The position numbers and the translations under genes were made by a program. 64,000 nucleotides of DNA from contig JBGCEP010000010.1 in NCBI GenBank assembly GCA_045106415.1, positions 64,001 to 128,000 of the forward strand, read 5' to 3'. This DNA comes from Oligoflexales bacterium (lineage in GTDB: Bacteria > Bdellovibrionota_B > Oligoflexia > Oligoflexales > Bog-1112). Positions 60,033-64,000 of this stretch are shown one piece after another (position 1 is the stretch's first letter; each line of letters opens with the position of its first letter). The notes under the pieces are model-generated. The model was given only the letters and a program-made list of their open reading frames with translations, was not told the DNA's origin and made no database searches.

Positions 60033-60299
60033 TTTTTCATCGTTAGAGGTGTAGGATGAATTTTGTTCAGTGTCTTCAACAGCTGTGAGATGTTTTTTTT
60101 CAGAACTTTCAGCTTTAGGGTTACTTTTATGTAGTAACTCTAAAGCTTTTTTGTCTTTCTCTATGACGGGGCGAGGTGGAAACCAGCTTGAAGAACTGTC
60201 ATAACTCTTTAAAGACTCACCTCTTTGAAATCTTTGTAAAAGGTCTTCATTGTGCTTTTTACGGATTTCATCTGTGCTTTTTTTATCAAAATCTCTCAA
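60024..60299 (-). CDS. Hypothetical hydrophilic protein
   Basis: Strong AAGGAGGT RBS before TTG. Confidence 0.65.
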   Translation of the reverse strand: MRDFDKKSTDEIRKKHNEDLLQRFQRGESLKSYDSSSSWFPPRPVIEKDKKALELLHKSNPKAESSEKKHLTAVEDTEQNSSYTSNDEKLD

Positions 60300-60315
60300 C
60301 TAAGACCTCCTTTTT

Positions 60316-60924
60316 TTAGAGTCCAATCTCAATACCAGCTCTTAAATTTTGTGAGTTTAAAGCAATTTTTTCATTCTGGTTTGATTGAAGAAATGAATGA
60401 AAACTTTTTTGCCATTCGAGAAGAGCTCCAACCGAGGGGGCAAGTGTAAATGCGCATCCAAGCCCTAAACTATGACCTTTTTCAGACCACGTGTTTGAGT
60501 AAGGTCCATATGAAGTTCGGTTAGGCTGGTACGTGTGAGTTTTTAGTCTTTCGTACTGACTTGATATTAAACTTGAAAAACGCGCATATGGAGCAAAGCT
60601 TTGAAGAGGAAACCATGTGTAGACTTCTGCTTTGAAACTATAACCATAAAGAACGTCAGAACTCTTTGAATTCACATGAGAAAAGTAAATACTTTCTCTC
60701 GCAGTAGATGCACCGATAGCAACAGGAATGTTTGGGTCGATGTTCCAGTGTGTGGCCAAGCTCATCGACGAACCTTGTCCTTTGCCGCGCATATCTTGTG
60801 ATTGCGCTCTACCTTCAAGGTTAACAACCCTTCGTCCGCTAAGCACTTGGAAATCAAAGATTGCCACAGCTTGCACAACTGGTGTGTTTGTTAACAACAT
60901 CCAGAGTGTGAATAGTGCTCTCAT
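60316..60924 (-). CDS. Putative outer-membrane beta-barrel protein
   Basis: Signal peptide (VQA); alternating amphipathic strands; C-terminal AGIEIGL. Confidence 0.65.
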   Translation of the reverse strand: MRALFTLWMLLTNTPVVQAVAIFDFQVLSGRRVVNLEGRAQSQDMRGKGQGSSMSLATHWNIDPNIPVAIGASTARESIYFSHVNSKSSDVLYGYSFKAEVYTWFPLQSFAPYARFSSLISSQYERLKTHTYQPNRTSYGPYSNTWSEKGHSLGLGCAFTLAPSVGALLEWQKSFHSFLQSNQNEKIALNSQNLRAGIEIGL

Positions 60925-61033
60925 AAATAATCCTTAATAACAGACACTACGATCATAACATAGTTCTTTGCTCTGTAATTTTTAAAGACATGCTAATCTT
61001 ATTACAAATGTTTTGTGATAGAGGGCTCTATTT

Positions 61034-61885
61034 GTGAAGGTCTGGTTACTGCTTTGTTCTTTGTGTGTATTGAGTTGTGGTACAGAGGAACTGTCTCTTG
61101 TAAAAAAACAGGGGCCTTGGCCACTGTCTGGGGAAAAGACGCCTGATCCAGTTTTTTCTCCTTTTGGCCCTCGAATTTTTAAAGAATCTTACGGGTTATC
61201 CAGTGGTGTATATTTTAAAGCAAGTCCCGATCAAGAGGTTTACTCTGTTGAGGAAGGTCTCATTGTGAAGTCTGTCACAAAGGACAACGCTAAAGAAGAC
61301 TTGGGTAGGCTCTTAGTGGTTGCTCATAAGCCTTTACAAGATATTATTCCTCATCAGACAGTTTATGGCGGATTGTCTTCTTTTTCTGTTAAAAAAGGAG
61401 ACTATGTGCAAAAAGGAGATCTTTTAGGCTTTGTCTCTGATACAGGTGTGGGAGAATCCCAACTTTATTTTGAATATCGACAAAATATCACAGGCCATAG
61501 TTTAGAAGAATGGAAGTCTGTTCATCCGCTTAAAATTTTGCCCTGTGATCCTCAACCCCCATCTGTGTCCCTAGTGAGGCGTGCTCAGGATCTAGAGCTT
61601 GTTTTGTCACAAGAGGGGCCGTGTTTGGATGTTTTCGGGTTTGAGGTTTATGCGTGGAAAAAGCAAAGAATCGTTATTGATTTTGAATCAAGAATGGGAT
61701 TGGACTCCTCTTTGACAACTCCCTCAAAAGTGTATGAAGGAGTTGATATGAACCCAGTTTTTGACTCAACCACTCAAACCTGGAAGCTAACAGTTTATAT
61801 ATCAGGAGAATGGTCTAGCGTTTCTGAGGTTGGTCTTAATGTAAAAAGAATTGGTAAGGTCGAAGAGTTTAGTTTTTCTTTATAG
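61034..61885 (+). CDS. Lipoprotein with degenerate M23/LytM domain
   Basis: Lipobox VLSC; SPFGPR, VKKGDYVQKGDLLG..SDTG; Zn ligands replaced (SGVYF, YGGL, QLYFE). Confidence 0.8.
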   Translation: MKVWLLLCSLCVLSCGTEELSLVKKQGPWPLSGEKTPDPVFSPFGPRIFKESYGLSSGVYFKASPDQEVYSVEEGLIVKSVTKDNAKEDLGRLLVVAHKPLQDIIPHQTVYGGLSSFSVKKGDYVQKGDLLGFVSDTGVGESQLYFEYRQNITGHSLEEWKSVHPLKILPCDPQPPSVSLVRRAQDLELVLSQEGPCLDVFGFEVYAWKKQRIVIDFESRMGLDSSLTTPSKVYEGVDMNPVFDSTTQTWKLTVYISGEWSSVSEVGLNVKRIGKVEEFSFSL

Positions 61886-61887
61886 TA

Positions 61888-63036
61888 TTACGGAGCTGGA
61901 GCTTCTTCCGGTGCGCCAGCATCAACCCAAGCTTTGAACATTGCGATTTCAGCTGGAGTTAGAGCTGTTGCGTTATTCGGGGGCATAGGGCTGTTTGCAT
62001 TTTCAATCCGAGCAAGGGATTGAGTGGCTGTGCCACTCAATCCATCGAAAGTTCCTCGGTTTGCGTGACAGCTGACGCATTTAGCGTCAACAATCGTTTT
62101 GATGTTGTCAACATAGTTGATGACAGCTGCTTCTTCAGCAGCCTCATCTTCTTCACCTTCATCAGACTCTTCATCTTCGTCAGACCCTTCGTCCTCATCT
62201 TCAGACTCTTCATCTTCGTCAGATCCTTCGTCTTCATCTTTATCAGATCCTTTGTCTTCAGAATCTTCGTCTTCATCAGATCCTTCGTCTTCATCAGATC
62301 CTTCGTCTTCATCAGATCCTTCGTCTTCATCTTCTGATGTCGAAAGGACTGAGAAAATTTCTTTTTCCAGACCTGCTGCTGTACCTGCTGGCTGTAGTGT
62401 CATGCGAAAGCTTAGTCTCATAGATGAGCGACCTTTTAAATCTTCTGCTCGGATGAGAAGAGCATCTGACTGATACATCACTTGCGATAAATCACTTGAT
62501 GGACGAACAACCTTCTTGTTATCAGAACTTTTTGTATCTTCACCTTCAGACTCTTCATCTTCGTCAGAGTCCTCATCTTCGTCTTCGTCAGAATCCTCAT
62601 CTTCGTCTTCGTCAGAATCTTCATCTTCATCCTTAGAATCATCTTCATCTTCATCTGCTAGACGAAGGCTTGCACCCTCATTTCCGTAGCGTAGAGTTGC
62701 AAGATAAGAGCAACCAGAAACAAACTTTGTAGATGTGATTTTAGATCCATCTTTATATTTGCCTTGAATGAAAATGTGATCTTTCTTCAGTGCGTCTTGG
62801 CACTTTTGCTCAACAACTTCTACTAGAAGCTCGTAACGCTCGACTAGGTCCTCAGCGTCATCTTCATCGACCTTTGACGTGACAAGGTCGGCGCGATCAG
62901 GAAGTGTGAAAAAAACCTCCAGCCCATCTCCAGGTAGAGCATCGGCAGATTGAGCAGGCGAACTTTTCTTCTCGCCGCAGCTGATCATGAAACCCACCAA
63001 AAATAAGCTCCACAGAGCTCGACTTAAGACCATCAT
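61888..63036 (-). CDS. Lipoprotein with two Asp/Glu-rich repeat tracts and C-terminal monohaem cytochrome c domain
   Basis: Lipobox MISC; DEDEGS and DEDEDEDS repeats; KCVSCH...PMPP...LT..E...F.AWV..GAP. Confidence 0.85.
   Translation of the reverse strand: MMVLSRALWSLFLVGFMISCGEKKSSPAQSADALPGDGLEVFFTLPDRADLVTSKVDEDDAEDLVERYELLVEVVEQKCQDALKKDHIFIQGKYKDGSKITSTKFVSGCSYLATLRYGNEGASLRLADEDEDDSKDEDEDSDEDEDEDSDEDEDEDSDEDEESEGEDTKSSDNKKVVRPSSDLSQVMYQSDALLIRAEDLKGRSSMRLSFRMTLQPAGTAAGLEKEIFSVLSTSEDEDEGSDEDEGSDEDEGSDEDEDSEDKGSDKDEDEGSDEDEESEDEDEGSDEDEESDEGEEDEAAEEAAVINYVDNIKTIVDAKCVSCHANRGTFDGLSGTATQSLARIENANSPMPPNNATALTPAEIAMFKAWVDAGAPEEAPAP
62140..62335. repeat. Coding tandem repeats (18-nt TCTTCATCAGATCCTTCG units, DEDEGS)
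   Basis: Three near-perfect 18-nt copies at about 62270-62324 plus degenerate copies. Confidence 0.85.
62548..62656. repeat. Coding tandem repeats (24-nt units, DEDEDEDS)
   Basis: TCCTCATCTTCGTCTTCGTCAGAA-like units repeated. Confidence 0.8.
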
Positions 63037-63088
63037 ACTTAATCCTCCTTGCCATAGTATATAGACGCTTCAGCGCCAGTTAATGACC

Positions 63089-63115
63089 TATTCGGATCCA
63101 AAGTGCGATTCTTAG
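63089..63115 (-). promoter_or_regulatory. Sigma-28-like promoter for the acidic cytochrome lipoprotein
   Basis: CTAAGAAT-N11-TCCGAATA on the minus strand, about 50 nt upstream of the ATG. Confidence 0.55.
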
Positions 63116-63214
63116 AGTTTTAATCTGTAGGATGTGAAAAACATTTTAATATTCATATGTTATCAATGCATAAAAATGTGATGTAAAAAAACGCAAGATT
63201 TAGAGTGTGCAAGA

Positions 63215-64000
63215 TTACTTGGTTTTTAATGAAAGTCTGGAAATCGGAAGAAATACTACAAGTTTTAGGAAAAACGGCAATTTTTTAATCACCTCCCTTA
63301 AAAAACAGGTTGTTAATGCAAAAATAAAGAGAGCTGTTGTGTAGAAACAAAAAGCATCGAAGGCATAAGGGGTTTTAATAATTGTGAATGACTGTTCCTG
63401 GGGTATTGTATGTTTCTTAAGCCATAGCGCTATACTTGCCCAAGCTTTTGCTTCAGAGGAATGTGAAGAGTTGAGAGTGTGGAGTTTGAAGTTTTTACTT
63501 TTTTTTCCTTGAGAGGTTCTCGGAGTAATATTTAACAAACCATAACTGAGATCTTGAATCTGCCAAAGGTAAGACCCACCAAAAGAAGTTGTTGCAACAC
63601 TGTAGAGTTTGTAAGGGTCTAAGGGTGTTTGATCTATAGTGAGGTTAAAGTCATATATTTTAAAAAAAGGTGGGCGATATGTGTTGATTGCAATATGAGC
63701 TCCTGAGAAAATTGGTTCAAAATCAGAATCTGTAAATTTAGATAAAAAGAGCATGCTTTCAAGAAGATTTATGATCTCATATCCGTAAAACCATGCTTTG
63801 AGTATCGCTGCTCCTGGGGTGTCATCTCTAACCCCTTGGCCAAGAGGAAGAATCTTAAAAACTGTATCGACAGTCCATGGGGTTGTTGTGCTTTGTGGGT
63901 AGATCTCTCCTGCGCCAACCATTGAGAAATCAGATTGTGCGTATTCTCGGATGGCTTCTGCGACAAGGAGCTGTGTTTCTTGAGAAGAGATGCTTTGTTT
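63215..64000 (-). CDS. 5'-nucleotidase/UDP-sugar hydrolase C-terminal domain with C-terminal TM anchor (gene runs off window)
   Basis: Frame open to the window end (LLVAEAIREYAQSDFSMVGAGEI..TVDTVFKILPLG; LYSVATT). Confidence 0.7.
   Translation of the reverse strand, partial: KQSISSQETQLLVAEAIREYAQSDFSMVGAGEIYPQSTTTPWTVDTVFKILPLGQGVRDDTPGAAILKAWFYGYEIINLLESMLFLSKFTDSDFEPIFSGAHIAINTYRPPFFKIYDFNLTIDQTPLDPYKLYSVATTSFGGSYLWQIQDLSYGLLNITPRTSQGKKSKNFKLHTLNSSHSSEAKAWASIALWLKKHTIPQEQSFTIIKTPYAFDAFCFYTTALFIFALTTCFLREVIKKLPFFLKLVVFLPISRLSLKTK

Noticed and set aside
62020..62473. Alternative-frame ORFs with MKTKDL, IRSFVF and poly-Ser repeats
   Set aside because: Shadow frames of the acidic repeat tract; no RBS or independent domains
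62140..62656. Periodic repeats as a possible CRISPR array
   Set aside because: Contiguous in-frame 18/24-nt coding repeats with no unique spacers and no cas genes
1..64000. tRNA/rRNA genes, IS elements, integrases, prophage
   Set aside because: No cloverleaf-like or rRNA sequence and no transposase, integrase or phage protein recognised

Overview
Gene-dense, AT-rich bacterial chromosomal segment. It is most likely from a Bdellovibrionota/Oligoflexia-like organism; this is inferred from the flagellin sequence style, the many lipoproteins and the sigma-28-type promoters, not from a database search. No rRNA, tRNA, CRISPR array or intact mobile element was seen. Housekeeping genes: ROK sugar kinase, YqgE, LpxL-type acyltransferase, MlaF-type ATPase, CCA enzyme, CutA, RppH, SuhB, MtnC. 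Transporters: a Chlamydia/Rickettsia-type nucleotide (ATP/ADP) translocase and a TyrP/Mtr-type permease. An AT-richer block (9.9-19.6 kb) carries a 1752-aa Ser/Thr-kinase/ATPase/GAF/His-kinase divergent from an uncharacterised three-gene operon (lycopene-cyclase-like membrane protein, acetoacetate-decarboxylase-fold protein, desaturase-like flavoprotein). Also present: a rearranged cytochrome c oxidase operon with two small accessory ORFs and a dihaem c4, a YeeE/YeeE/persulfide dioxygenase unit, a ClpB lacking its N-domain, a partial legionaminic-acid cluster, a tandem pair of signal-peptide-bearing AAA+ ATPases (one intact, one degenerate), a chemotaxis operon with a CheR-CheB fusion, a flagellin, and an acidic-repeat cytochrome c lipoprotein. 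Most notable observations: (1) a motB-motB'-lipoprotein-motA stator operon in which both motB paralogues apparently start at a non-canonical AUC codon; (2) an energy-parasite NTT in a motile, respiring cell; (3) the uncharacterised cyclase/ADC/flavoprotein island; (4) the exported AAA+ pair; (5) an unannotated 37-aa prepilin-like ORF behind a near-consensus sigma-28 promoter.
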